In this document: positions 13,530 through 26,234 of the stretch, piece by piece | Layout of the letters: every line of letters begins with the position of its first letter | How positions within the stretch are numbered: the first letter of the stretch is position 1 | DNA from: Lama glama | Lineage: Eukaryota | Length of the DNA: 64,000 nucleotides | Assembly (NCBI GenBank): GCA_028534125.1 | Contig: CM052817.1 | Location: forward strand, 68,760,001 to 68,824,000 | Reading direction: 5' to 3' | The notes under the pieces: generated by a model | What the model was told of the DNA's origin: nothing | Seen by the model: only the letters and a program-made list of their open reading frames with translations | Database searches by the model: none | Made by a program: the position numbers and the translations under genes

Positions 13530-14747
13530 CGGTGTTATTACTTGTCATACACCATTCTTGGTACTTGGGAATGTGATAGTGCACAAAATTTCCCCGAATC
13601 TCTGTCCTAGAGGAGCTTGCGTACTAGTGGGAGCTAAATGAGTGTGGAGTTTAGGTAAATAACACCAAATGGAAATGCGTAAAGAGGATAAAGTTAAAGG
13701 TTGAAGGAACAAGTTGCAATTTTAAATAAGATGATTAGGATGAGACCCCTTGAAAAGTTGACATTTGAGCAGAGACTTGAAGAAAGAAATTTATGTGAAT
13801 ATTTATGGGAACTACTTTTCAAGACCCTAAATCTGGAGCTTATTTATAATGTTGGAGAAATAGCAAGAAGGCCAGAATTGAGGAGTAGAAGGTGATAAGG
13901 TCAGAAAGCTAATAGAGACAGAGGGCTAGATTATGTAGAGCCTGTAGGGCCTTCACATCTATTCATATGGAATAAAATTGTCTTATGTTCTGTCTAGGCC
14001 ATTGTAAGCACATTGTTCTTTTGTAACTTTGGGTAATATGGAATCATTGAACAATTTTGAGTAGAGAAATGATGATCTGACCTACTTTTATAAAGGATCA
14101 GTGTGTTTAGAGAAGACATAGCAGGGAGCAAGTGTGGAAAAAGGGAAATTATTTGAAAGGTTATTAGCCATCCTAGGAGGATAGATTACGGTGACTCAGA
14201 CTAAGATTGTAGCAGAAAATGACAGGAAGTCATCAGATTCTGAATATATTTTGAAGGCAGAAACAACAGAATTTCCTGAGAGATTGTTCAGTGTGAAATG
14301 GTAAGGCTAGGGATGGAGTGGGTTGGTGAGGGAATAGCAGGAGTTTGATTATGAACATGTTAATTTTGAGAATATGTTTTAGATACCTAAATAGAAACAT
14401 TAAGTACTGAGTTTCATGTATGAATCTGGAGTTCCAGAGTAAAGTTTGGATTGGAAAATTAAATTTGAGAGTCTTTGGCATATAGAGACCTTTATAGTTA
14501 CAAAGCTGGGTGAGATCACCAAAGGAAAGATATGGATAGAGAAGAAAAGGGGATCATGGAGTAACCCAAATCTACTTCAGCATTTCAAAATCAAGAGAAC
14601 AGCCAACAGGGGGTTTTGAAAATCAAGAGAATGGTATTTTGGAATTGAAGTAAAGCCTGTATGTTAAAGAAGAGGGATAATCAACCAAGTCAAATGCTGA
14701 CAAAGAAGAGGATGAGGACTGACTGTTGTATTTAGTACCATGGAAGT
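13530..14747 (-). mobile_element. L2a LINE, resuming briefly after the MLT2 LTR at 15244
   Basis: tgacatttgagcagagacttgaag, aggccattgtaag, cagattctgaatatattttgaagg, gggtgagatcaccaaagga, gtcaaatgctga are classic antisense L2a motifs. Confidence 0.85.
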
Positions 14748-14787
14748 TGTCAGGATTGTCCAGAGGCACAGAACCAAAGGATGTATC

Positions 14788-14827
<40 letters not shown>

Positions 14828-15243
14828 CCTATCTATCATCTATCTATCCATCTATCAAAAGATTTATTTTAAGAAATTGGCTCCCACAATTGTGAGGACT
14901 TATAAGTCTGAAATCTGCAGGGTAGACCAGTAATCTAGAGACCTAGAGACCCAGTAAGGGGTTGATGTTGTAGTGTTGAGTCCAAAGGCAAGCAGTGTAC
15001 AAACAGAATTCCTTCTTCCTCAGGGGACCTCAGTTTTTTCTCTTAAGACTATCCATTGATTGGATGAGGCCCATCAACATTATGGAGGGTACTTTACTCA
15101 GAATCTACTAATGTAAACTTAATCACGTTTAAAATTATTTCCACAGCAATATCTTCACATTAAATACCTTCATAAAAACTGATGTTTACTGAACAATTGA
15201 GTACCAAACCTAGCCAAATTGGCATATAAAATTAAATACCACA
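14748..15243 (-). mobile_element. MLT2 (MLT2C/D-like) ERVL solo LTR with internal (TCTA)n at ~14787-14855
   Basis: agatttattttaagaaattggctc..cagaattccttcttcctcaggggacctcag..ctagccaaattggcatataaaattaaataccaca; 5-bp TSD GAAGT(14743-47)/GAAAT(15244-48). Confidence 0.88.
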
Positions 15244-16979
15244 GAAATAATTGATAAAATTGAGAAGTTTTTATGGAGTATTGTGTACTACTATACCCTA
15301 AAGTCTTAGAATAATATTTAGCTTGATAAATGTTAAAAAACGGATTTTCTACTTATTTTTCCCTTAAATATGGTATCATTACTCATACCAAATTAAAGGA
15401 AACATGCCAAAAGGGAAAAAATCTTTTTATTTTGGTTTATAAAAACACATTGGGGTTGAGGAGTCATACATGTTACTTAAAAATCAGTTAATCAAAAACC
15501 AAGAAGGTAATTCTATAGTCAAGTGTAACAGAAAAATATGTAGTACAAATGGTCATATAATTCAAAAATATTTTAAAAAGCCAAATTTTATTTTTTCTGG
15601 TTACACTCCTTTACTACCAATAATTAGAATTTTATTATAGCTTTTCATATATCTTCTATCAGAAAAGCCTGAAAATAAAGATGGTATCTTCTGATGCATT
15701 CCCAACTACTGGAGAAATGGCTCTAAGTAAAATTTATAGATAATTAAATATTTTCATTGGTAACATGGAGAAAATTTAATTTTATTTCCTCTTAAGTTTT
15801 TGCTGGAATTATCAAGTTAATAAATGGAGAAATTTCACTCTTTTTTTCCCCCTCTGAGTAGTCAGCCTAGTAATATCTAAACCCCCAAAGTTATTATTCT
15901 CATTGAATGAGTCTTTTCCTGATACCATTTGGCTTTTTACATTCCAAAAGTTGGACTTTCCAGAATAACTTTCAGATTTTTAGAAGGTCTTAAAATGAAT
16001 ATGACTCTATTTCCTTTCTTAATCTAATTATACTTGGTTGAGTTGCCTGCTTTAGTTGTAAAATATTGATTATTTTACAAAATCCTAGATAAAAAGAGTG
16101 TTTATATATTACCATTAAAGTTCTTAAACTAGCCAGACTGAAGGTATGTGGTGAGGTAAAAATAGAGCACTTCAAACATTCCAATTTTCATTACAGCTTA
16201 GGTTCATGATATGATTTGTCAGACTATGTAATCAAGATGTTTTTTTCCTTATGCAACATTGCTATGAATTAATAATTGTTTCCACCAAAACAATGGTTTT
16301 ATATACTTTGAGAATGCTTAGTTATTTCCACTATTCAAAAATGGTTCAAAAGAAAATCCTATTCACATTTCACTAATATGAAAGAAAATTACAGTTCATT
16401 GGTTAGTCATTTCTGAGAAATGGTAATTTTGACTCTGTGTTATTGATGTTAGGTTAACTATTCTTTGTATTAAAATAATACATAACATTCTTTTGAAATT
16501 TTAATTTGTTGCTTAATGTCCATCAGTGATATAATTTTAAGAATTAAATTAAAACAAACAAAAAACTTCTAGCCTGTATCTCTCTCTTCTGAAAAAATCA
16601 AAGATTTCTTTTTGCACAGTTGTCTTTGTCAAGATCTTCAAGACCTCGGACTATGTCTTGTTGCACAGTGTTATCACATATTAACTATGAAATAGATAGT
16701 TATAGATTGAATGCATCAGTAAATTAATGAATAAGTACATTAATGAGAGTTTTTTTTTAAATTGTCTCTGAACATCTTGATAGTCAAGACAAAAGGAAAC
16801 ATGGTAGGCTATAAAATTTTCAGTGCCTATTAGAAGAAAGAACATCAAGTCATATTTCCCCCCAGCCACTTTCAAATTTTGCTTAATTTTCTCCTCCCTT
16901 TCCAAGTCACTGGAACATGAGAATCTCCTCCTATTCAAAGGTTATTCCATTACAGACTAAGACCACATTGATTTATATT

Positions 16980-17540
16980 TTTGTTTTACTGGCCTAACTA
17001 GTCTCCTGTCTCTTTTGCTCTCCTGTGGTACATTTTCAATATAGCAGGGATTAAGTTAAAACATAAACTGAATCACAGCATTCTTCAGATCAAGATCTTT
17101 AAATGGCTTGTTCCTCACTCAAAAAACAAAAACAAAAACCACCCCAAAACATCTTAGACCTTACAATGGTTTACAGTCCCTGCCCTATTCCTTATCCTCT
17201 GTCCCCCATATCTCTTCTCTTTACCTAATTTCTTCCTGTTCTCTGCTAGCTCATTCTGCTCAATCACATTGGCCTCCTTCTTCAAACATGCTAAGCCAAT
17301 CATTCCATCAGTTATGCTTTTTCTAAAGATATTCATGGATTTATTTCCCCACTCCCTTGAGGTTTCTGCTCAAATGTTACTTCACTTTTCAGGGTTTATT
17401 TATTTGTTTGTTTGTTTGTTTGTTTATTTATTTGACAACCTTATATAATATAGCAGCTCTCTCCCTTGTCAATCTCTATTCCACTTACCTTCTTTATTTT
17501 TTCCATGTCAGTTACCACCATGTACTGAATGAAAGAATGA
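16980..17540 (+). mobile_element. L2 fragment
   Basis: ctaactagtctcctg..aatggcttgttcctcactc..cacattggcctcctt..aaacatgctaagc..tctgctcaaatgttac..tgaatgaaagaatg. Confidence 0.7.
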
Positions 17541-17874
17541 GTTTCTACATTTCAGCCATTTGGCCTTCTTCAATTGTATTTTTAATTCATTCTCCTTTCC
17601 ATAAGTGTATTAAAACACTAAGATCTTTACTATTTCTCACTGAGGACTCTGAAAATTTGTTCTAGTAGTAGCTTCATTGTAGCTATTTTAGTAGTGTGGT
17701 ATAATATATTGTTAGAAAAGATTAATAAGGCTTCAAGTACATGGTATATGCCATTGATTTGGCACATGTATTGTTTTCTATTTTGATTGGAATACAAGAT
17801 CAAAAGAGTTTGCATTTATGTGGAATTGACAAAATATTTTATTTATGGTTTTCTTAAAATATTATCATAAAATA

Positions 17875-18446
17875 CTCCAAAGAGATCTGGATCACCCTGA
17901 TGTTTCACAGAACACTGATTTATTACATTGACTATATATGCTGATTTGATAGGACAAACAAGAGATGGACAGTATGTTAGAGGCTTTAGGAGGGTATATA
18001 TATATATATATATCCTGCCACCTTGGTCAAGATTTTAGGGGTCTAATGGTCAGGATCACACCAATATCCCCTCCAAAGTAAAGACAAATTGCTGCAATCT
18101 GTATCTTCTACAACGAGGAGCAAAATGTCTAGTGGACCTCTTTGCATTCTTGAGATGACATAGTTTTCACATATAAATGTGGTTTGAACCATTTATCAGG
18201 TGGTATAGAAGGCTGCCAGCTTTGAGTGGGACCAGGAGCAATACAGGCATCTGCAGTAGTCTAGGTCAGTCCTGATGCCTGGGCCATGTAATCTGATGGA
18301 CTCTGTGATCTTGGAAGTGTTAATGTTGTAAACAGAGGCAGTGTGGAGTTTATGGTGAGCCTCAGGTGGAGAATCACAATGCAGGTATCTGGGATTCTGG
18401 AGCAAGGCCATGTCATACACACACACAAACACACGCACACACACGC

Positions 18447-18483
<37 letters not shown>

Positions 18484-19150
18484 TAAATGCCTTCTGAAAA
18501 GTATCTCCTGGCATGTAATTTGGCCCTGGTGGAGACAGGATGCTTGACCATGATGTGCCAAGTGACTTGTGTCCAGAGCTGTCTATTATGAGCTGGGTGG
18601 TATCAGATCTACACAGTCATAAAGTGGGGTGTGTCCAGCAGCATTCTATTGTAAGATGGAAATGACACATCTGGGATAAAATCACAGTAGGGCCAGAGGT
18701 CATAAACACACTGCATGAACATCCCAAACACTCTTATATCAGTAAACTTATTATAGTTGCTCCAGTGCTCTTCCCTTAGATCACATCTGTTTAGAAAGTC
18801 CTGTATGACTAAGTGAAGAAGGAGGAAGAAGCCTGAGCTTTGTTAATGGATAAGTCAGCTCAATATATGGGTGCCAGCTGGAAATGAATAGTGGCAGTGT
18901 TACAGCCTCATGATTGGGGGTGGGTGGGTTTTAGTGGAGATAAAACCTTCCTGATGTGTGGGACTGTGGTACCACAGTTAGTGGTACATGGGGTCATTCG
19001 CTTTATGTGAAAGGAGAAGTTTCCTGAGGTCATTGGCTAATGGCCTGGCCAGCTGGCCAAGAACATAGAAGGAAAGTGACTGGAAGATTGAAGTTAAGAA
19101 AAGGCAGGCAGATGGACATATGAGAGTACTCAAGAGACATCTCTATATGT
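17875..19150 (+). mobile_element. ERVL (class III) pol remnant: C-terminal half of RT plus RNase H, many stops and frameshifts
   Basis: Hand translation gives RDLDH..(H)YIDY, IPSKVK, KAASFEWDQEQ, LGFWSKAMS and PELSIMSWVVSDLHSHKVGCVQQHSIVRWK, matching remembered HERV-L pol. (TA)n at ~17995 and (CA)n at ~18415-18479 are inserted. Confidence 0.9.
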
Positions 19151-19159
19151 TGTTCTCTC

Positions 19160-19443
19160 AGTAAGGCTACATGAATCTGAGAACTAAAGCAGTGGAAGCA
19201 GCATGGCCTCGTTAATCATCACTCCCAATGACCCACAGGGGTACTTCATGTTTTTCTCCTCTGCAGCTTTGTGAAGAAGGTCCTGGTCCCCAAAAGGGTT
19301 GCATTCTTGTGTAACACAGCATGAGTTTCTTGGAATTATAAGCTATGGCTCCCACCAGGGTACTTTGAATTCCTTATATTCAGAGATTAAAAGGCAAGAA
19401 GAGGAGTCATCATCTTGGCAGGAGTAATTGACCCTGGTCAGCA
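19160..19443 (+). mobile_element. ERVL post-integrase segment and dUTPase remnant
   Basis: NYKLWLPPGYFEFLIFRD*KARRGVIILAGVIDPGQ matches HERV-L dUTPase (NWKLRLPPGHFG..GVTVLAGVIDPDY). Confidence 0.85.
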
Positions 19444-19444
19444 A

Positions 19445-20560
19445 AGCTATGTTGAGACCCCTTCAGTATCTAATCTTACTTTCCCTCTTAGCTATAACTA
19501 GGATTAAGTCATAGCTGATGTGTTGGGCATAATAAGGGGTGTTCTGATCCTTATAAAAGAAGGAGAGGGCTACACACTGGTTGAACCACAGGACCAGCCA
19601 ACATGTATTGGCAGCAGAAAGGAAGAGCGGTACTAGATTTATGGCAGTAGATATACTAAGTATACTACACATAGTAAATATATGGTACTGGATTGTGAAG
19701 GTGCTGGATCAAAGGGTGTGGAACATAAGGGTAAGTAAGGGAGAGTTTATAGATATGGGAGTAAGTACTCTCACATGTAAAATATTTAGCACCCTGGCAA
19801 GGGTCCCAGGAAATTGTGTTAGCATGAAGTGAGAATGGTTCTTGGAAAAACTGATGGCCTACCCCAGGTGAAGCAGAAATAGAGTAACTCCATAGTAGAT
19901 GACAGAAAGGATTAAAAACTTAGAAAAGTGAATGTCTTGGTGTGAATGTACTACTTAAGACCGAAAAATTCTCCACCCTGTCTATGTTCTGTGAGAGATC
20001 CCAGGAGACACTTGATATGGCAGAGTGGTAAGGATTGTGCTGGTGAGGTGGTGGTTGTTCTCTGTAAGCCAATGCTGACAGTAGGAAATGCTATTGCAGA
20101 ACTGGGCTCCCAGACAGCCAAGGTGTGATAGGGTCCTAAAATTAGAGTAGCCATGTGGCAGCATTTAACTGCTAGAAGCAATATATGAACAATTATAATA
20201 AGTGGCCAGGTTGGAGAAGCAGTCAGGGGACCTGATCCACAGAGAGGTGTGGAAATGGCTTATAGCATAATACATTCCTAGGGGCATGATGGATGGGCAG
20301 CCAACAAGGTCATTTCTCAATATATATAGTCAATAAAGCTGAGGATGGATGAGGCTAATGAGAGCCACTCAATAAAGAAAAAAAAATAACAATCCCTTGC
20401 TTATTTCTTGGCCTTAGCCAGGTTTCATAACTGACCCACTGAACGAAGAAAGGTCTCATCCCACTAGGAAGAGTCCTATAATATCAAGATGAGTGAATAT
20501 AGTGGTCACTCCCTAGTACTGCCCCCCAAAAATGTGTGGTCATTTCGCTGGGGAAAGGAG
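19445..20560 (+). mobile_element. ERVL gag remnant running into the start of pro
   Basis: AITRIKS; IWYWIVKVLDQRVWNIRVSKGEFIDMG (ORF 19581) vs HERV-L AWEWILRVWDNGGRNIELDQAEFIDLG; VLCKPMLTVGNAIAELGS (ORF 19946) vs LLCMSDLTVGTAVTQLQN; ends near WGK of pro. Confidence 0.85.
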
Positions 20561-20629
20561 CTGTTGGCACAAGGCCCAAGTTTATACTGATAACCTGGAG
20601 ACCTGGAAGACCCCAAAGGAAATATTCAG

Positions 20630-21030
20630 AGTAGTGAGCGTTTTCCCCCTCTGGCTGTTTGAAGACTTCTTTCTCTTTGTCTTTGGTTTTCATATATTTT
20701 TTTTCTGTAATGTACCTAGTTGTGATTTTTGTCTGCATATGTTTATTCTGCTTCAGGTGTTCAGTTTTACAGACATTTTACAATTTATTTATCAGTTTTG
20801 GATAGCTCCTGGCAGTTACCTTTTAAATTAATTCTATCCCATTCTTCCTCTCCTTTCTTGGAACTTCAAGTAAATGTATATAATATATTAGTCTTAAATT
20901 TTTCCCATATTTCTTTGTGCCCTCTTCTGTATTTCCCATCCTTCTACTTTTTAGTGCTTCAGTATACGTATCTCCTGTTCTATCAGTTTAGTTGGCAAAA
21001 TTCCCCATTTACAATTGTTTTTAGAACTTG
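20630..21030 (-). mobile_element. Ancient HAL1/L1ME ORF1-region fragment
   Basis: ctctggctgtttgaagacttctttctctttgtctttggtttt..tgtacctagttgtgatttt..tttattctgctt. Confidence 0.6.
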
Positions 21031-21721
21031 TATATAGTAGGAACTCTATTAAATGAATGAAAAAAGGAAAAGGTTTGAGTATCATAAATCTATTTTTCCC
21101 TCATGTGATTGTGGTGATATTTGCTGGTACTACTACTATTTTTACTTTTTAAAAGTTCTATTTCAAATTGTGCTACAAACCCCATATTTCAGGTTTGGTT
21201 TTTTTTTTTTTTTGCCAGAAGCCCTAGTTACTATGCCCTAACAATGTACACTCTCTAATTTTAAATGAAAAACCCTGGGACACAAAACCTGAGTCTGAAT
21301 AGAATTTTAATATAACCAACATATCAAAACTCTTCCCCCCAAAAAGCTTAGACTGATAACTGAAAAGTAATTTTAGGGCATCATGAATAAGCCAAACCTA
21401 AGAGTAAGATTTATGCATGTGGAAAATAGAAAGTAGATTACGTGATATCTATATTAATAGCTCATATTTTCCATGATAGACAGAACACCAGATAGTCTTG
21501 TTTAGCTGACAAAATTTTTGCCTTTGCCTGGCGTGCTGCCTTGCACATACTTGTGCACTAACCAAAACCAGGTTTAAGGCTTGGGTTATTGAACAGCTTG
21601 ACAGAGCTGTTCCAGAAATATGGTTAAGTTAAACAGAGATACATCCTTTTACAAAAGTAGAAACAGAATGAAATACAAAAAAAGCATATACTTTCCGTTG
21701 GCTATCTAAGAGAAAGGGGAG

Positions 21722-22033
21722 TTTGGTAGGCTGAATAGTGGCTCCTAAACATATCCAGGTTCTAATCTCTGGAACCTGTGAATGTTAGCTTATAATGCAA
21801 AAGAGACTTTGCAGTTGTGATTAAATTAAGGATTTTGAGATGAGAGATTATCCTAGATTACCTAAATGCAATCACAAGTGTCCTTATAAGAAGGAGGCAA
21901 AGGAAAACTTGACACAGCAGAGAAGACAATGTGACAGAAACTAAGGGAGGCAGAGCCAGAGAGAAATATACTATAATGCTGAGTGTGAAGATGGAGGAAG
22001 GGGCCATGAGCCAATGCAAAGAATGCAGTTCTA
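21722..22033 (+). mobile_element. MLT1D MaLR LTR, 5' part (split by L1)
   Basis: tggtaggctgaatagtggc..ggaacctgtgaatgtt..gactttgcagttgtgattaaattaagg..gaagatggaggaaggggccatgagcca; outer TSD GGGAG(21717-21)/AGGAG(24704-08). Confidence 0.88.
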
Positions 22034-24500
22034 AGGAAGCAGAATCAAGATGGCAGAGTAGAAGACCCTGAGCTCACCTCCCCACATGAACACAACAAAA
22101 CTACAACTACATATAGAACATCTCTCTCTGAGAACGACGTGAAGACTAGCAAATCAGCTCTTGTAGAACTAAAGATACAAAGAAAAGATCACACCAAGAA
22201 GGGTAGGAAGGGAAGAGAAGTGATCTAGCCAAGACCCACACCTCCAGTGGGAGATCCAAAAGAGGAAGAGGATATCACAAATTTGGAGGTCCCACCTAGG
22301 GAGCCAGGGTTTTGAGCCCCACATTGGACACCCCAGCCCAGTAACCAGGAAGGTGAACCTCTTTACTGGTTTTGAAGACCAGCAGGGCTTATGACCTGGA
22401 GAACCAGAAGGCTGTAGGAGAATGAGATTCCACTCTTAAAGGGCACGTGCATAAACTTACTCTCTCCAGTCCCAGTTGCACTTTAAATCACTCTTCCAGT
22501 GCAGAAGACACAGACTGAAAAGTGCCTGTGCTCTAGCTTGCTTGCCAAGACTGTCCCAGCATGCCCTCCAAGCCTGCATAAAGCTCTGGCTCCAGCCACC
22601 CCATCCACCAAAGCAGGAGCCTTTGAGCACCCCAGAAGAAGCCCCAGCCCACATCAGCCTCCAGCTCTAGCACCCCTCAGCTGCAGCCCACCCCTGCCAA
22701 GGCAGCAGCCTGCAGCACACCCCAGAAGCTCTGGTCATGCTTGCGTCAGCTCCAGTCATCCTGCCAAAGCCACTAGACACATGCAGACTGCATAGGAGCC
22801 CTCCTACACAAGGACACATCTTTATGACTGGGATAGATAACTGTTTTGCGTAATTACAGAAACAGAGAACGTCAAAATGAGAAGACAGAGGAATATGTTT
22901 CATATGAATATACAAGATAAAACTACTGGAAAAAAGACCCTAATGAAATGGAGATAAGTAATACTAAAATGAAAAAACCTACAACCAGAGATACTCTACC
23001 CAGCAAGGTTATCATTCAGAATTGAAGGAGAGATAGAGTTTCCTAGATAACCAAAATCCAAAAGCATTCATCACAACTAAGCCACCCTTATAAGAAATGT
23101 GAAAAGGTCATCTTTAAGCAAAAAAGAAAAGGCCATAATACAAAATGTAAAATATATAAAGGAAAAAACTCAATGGTAAAGGCAAGTATATAGTAAAGGC
23201 AGTAGATTAACCACTTAAAAAGCTAGTATGAAAGTTAAAAGACAGAAGTTGTATAATAAAATATAACTGTAATAAGTAGTTAAGGGACACACACACAAAT
23301 ATAAAATATGACATCAAAAACAAAACTGGCAGGGAGAGTGAAAAACTGTAGAGCTTTTGGAATGTGCTTGAACTTAAATGAATATGAGCTTAAAACGAGT
23401 AAGTATATTTTTATAGATCTAAATACATAAACCTCATCTTAACCACTGAATAGAAGATATTTGCAAATAATATATCTGATAAGGGGTTAATATCCAAAAA
23501 AATACAAAGAAAAGCTCTTACAACTGAGCATCAAAAAACAGATGATCTAAATTTTAAAAGTGCAGAGGACCTAAATAGACATTTTTCTAAAGATGACATA
23601 CAAAGATGGCCAACAGACACATGAAAAGATGCTCAACATTGCTTATCATCAGAGTTTGCAAATCTAAACAAGATACCACCTCACGCCTGTGAGAATGACT
23701 ATCATCAAAAAGACAAGAAATAACAAGTGTTAGTGAGAATGTGGAAAAAAGGGAGCCCTAGTCTACCTGGTGGGATTGTAATTTGGCACAGCCACTATGG
23801 AAAACAATATTATAGGTCCTCAAATAATTAAAAATAGGACTACCATAACATCCAACAATTCCACTCCTGGATATTTATCCAAAGAAAATGAAAATACTAA
23901 TTCAAAAAGATATATGCATCCCAATGTTCATGGCAGCATTATTTACAATAGCCAAGACATGGAAGCAACCTAAATGCCCACTGACAGATTAATGAATAGA
24001 GAAGTTATATATATGTAATGCAATATTACTCAGCTGTGGAAAAGAATAAAAGCTTGCCATTTGTGACAACATGGATTGACCTGGAGAGTATTATTCTTAG
24101 TGAAATAAGTCAGGCAGAAAGACAAATATTCCATGTTTTCACTTATATGTGGAATTTTAAAAAACAAACAAACAAATATAGAGAAACAGATTCACAGATA
24201 CCTGTATCTTTGGAAAAATGTAATGGTTGCCAGAGGGGTGTGAGTTGGGGAGACGGGAGATGGGTAGGACAGGTGAAGAAGATCAAGAGGTACAAATTGC
24301 CAGTTATAAAATAACTAAGTCACAGGGATGTAAGGTACAGCACAGGGAATGTAGTTTATAAATTTATAATAACTTTGTATGGTGTGTAATCTATAAAAAT
24401 ATCAAATCATTATGTTGTATGCCTGAAGGTAAAATAATATTGTAAGTCAACTATACTTCAATTTAAAAAATTAAAAATAAATAAATTCCTTGTCTTAAGA
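22034..24500 (+). mobile_element. Internally deleted L1 retaining 5'UTR, both ends of ORF1, the ORF2 C-terminus, 3'UTR and A-rich tail
   Basis: 5' end caagatggcagagtagaagac; ORF1 ATG at 22877 (MRRQRNMF); ORF1 end ctctacccagcaaggttatcattc..TAA 23117; ORF 24018 MQYYSAVEKN..WIDLESIILSEISQ = ORF2 C-terminus; TSD atgcagttcta/atgctgttcta. Confidence 0.9.
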
Positions 24501-24505
24501 AAATT

Positions 24506-24703
24506 ATGCTGTTCTAGACATAGGAAAATGTAAGGAAAGGGATTCAACCCTAGCGCCTCACCTTGGCCCTGCCAGCACCTCAATTTTAGCCCTGTCAGAG
24601 TGCTTTTGGACTTCAGGCCTCCAGGACAATAAAAGATTAAATTTATTTTGTTTTAAGTCACTAACGTGATAATCTGTTACAGCAGCAATAGGAAACTACT
24701 ATA
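24506..24703 (+). mobile_element. MLT1D MaLR LTR, 3' part
   Basis: ggccctgccagcacctcaattttagcc..ggacttcaggcctccagga..ttgttttaagtcac..gttacagcagcaataggaaactactata. Confidence 0.88.
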
Positions 24704-25728
24704 AGGAGGTTCCTAACTATGCTAAACATTTTCTAAGAAAAGTTGTACCAATGTAATACATATTAATAAATAATAATACATAAAACTTAGTGAAATGTTT
24801 TTCAAATATCTATAAATTATAAAATCAGTATGGCCCCGAACCCCTCTAAACAAATGGTTCTTATTTAAATAGTCATAAGCTTATCCCTTTCTTTTCCACA
24901 TTCAACTAATAAGCAGAGACCTTGCTACTGATATCCATAATCCATTTTACTTGAAAATATTATAGCTATAAAACTTAGAGCTGGAAATAACTGTGTCACT
25001 TCTCATGCATGAAACAGATCCTTGGAGAAGAGTAATGCAGGATTATTGAGGAAGAACAAACATTAGTTATATAATTTGTTTAATGATGGATGGTTCACTT
25101 TAAAATTCAGTCTAACTCCTAGAATCCTCTTCTATCAACTTTCTATTTGTTTTAGGAGATCAAATGTCACATGCAGATGGAAGTGCTAGGTAATGGTACT
25201 TTTATACTCATAAAACAAAAATAACTACTGTTAGAAAGTTGTAATATGACACAATGCGCTTTATAGAGATCTACAGAGTACCACTGATTACTTTAAACAG
25301 TAGTTAGGTCATTTTGACAACAAGTTATCCATCCATCCATTCCTGCATTCAGTTATACAGTCATTCCTCATAGGGAAGTGTGCACTATGGATCGTCAAGA
25401 GTAGCCTTTCTTTAGTAGCATTTCTAAGCTTATTTTATCCCAGAACCTCTTTTTTATGTAGCATTTCATTGCACCAAGATTTTGAAGTGATATCTTAAAT
25501 GTAACCTATGCTGTTTTTAATGTATATTTTAATAACATGAATATTTAATAATGTCTTTAATAAATAATATTAATAATATCACATCTCTAACTTACTTGGC
25601 TATTCTTAGTTCCTTTTCTGTGTTATTTTGATATTTTCCAATGTTTCTTTTGTAGTCTTAGTTTCCCCACAAATTCTATTAATTTCATGGTGGGTTATAG
25701 AATCTTTTTGATATGTTACAGATAGAAA

Positions 25729-25734
25729 TCTCTC

Positions 25735-25779
<45 letters not shown>
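25729..25779. repeat. (CT)n(CA)n compound microsatellite
   Basis: Read directly. Confidence 0.9.
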
Positions 25780-25879
25780 TACATGAATTCCTGCATTATT
25801 TAATCAAGGATATAAAATCTTTTCCATACAAGGGGCTTACTCAGAGCAGGTACCTAGATGCAGAATGCTGGATATATAA

Positions 25880-26234
25880 TGAATTTGGAGAATAATGGAG
25901 ATGTCAGGTCCAGAAATATAATTATGGAAATCATTTGTATATGAATTTGGAGCCATAGGATTAAATGAAATTACCTAGGAAGGATGTATAAAAGACAGCA
26001 AGAAGATGTCTACTATTAAAGTCTTGAATCACAGCAGCATTTGGCTATTGGGCAGAGGTAGAGTCAGCAAAGAAGACTAAGCAGTTGTGAGCCCTGAGAT
26101 TGGAGGAGAATTAGTAAAGTGTGGTGTTACAGAAGCCAAGAAATGAGTGTTATAAGAAGTGTTTGGTTACTGTCTTGAATTCTGATGAGTTTAAGTAATA
26201 TAAACTTATTTGACCATCTGGAAGTACTACTGAC
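25880..26234 (-). mobile_element. L2 fragment, continuing briefly after 26578
   Basis: ggagccataggattaaatgaaattacctagga..gtcagcaaagaagactaag..gtggtgttacagaagccaag. Confidence 0.7.

Noticed and set aside
19581..20128. Gag-like ORFs as a possible domesticated (Fv1-like) gene
   Set aside because: Broken by multiple stops and frameshifts, with no long intact frame
22480..22800. GC-rich block with overlapping ORFs that looks like a promoter or exon
   Set aside because: It is the 5'UTR of the L1 at 22034-24500
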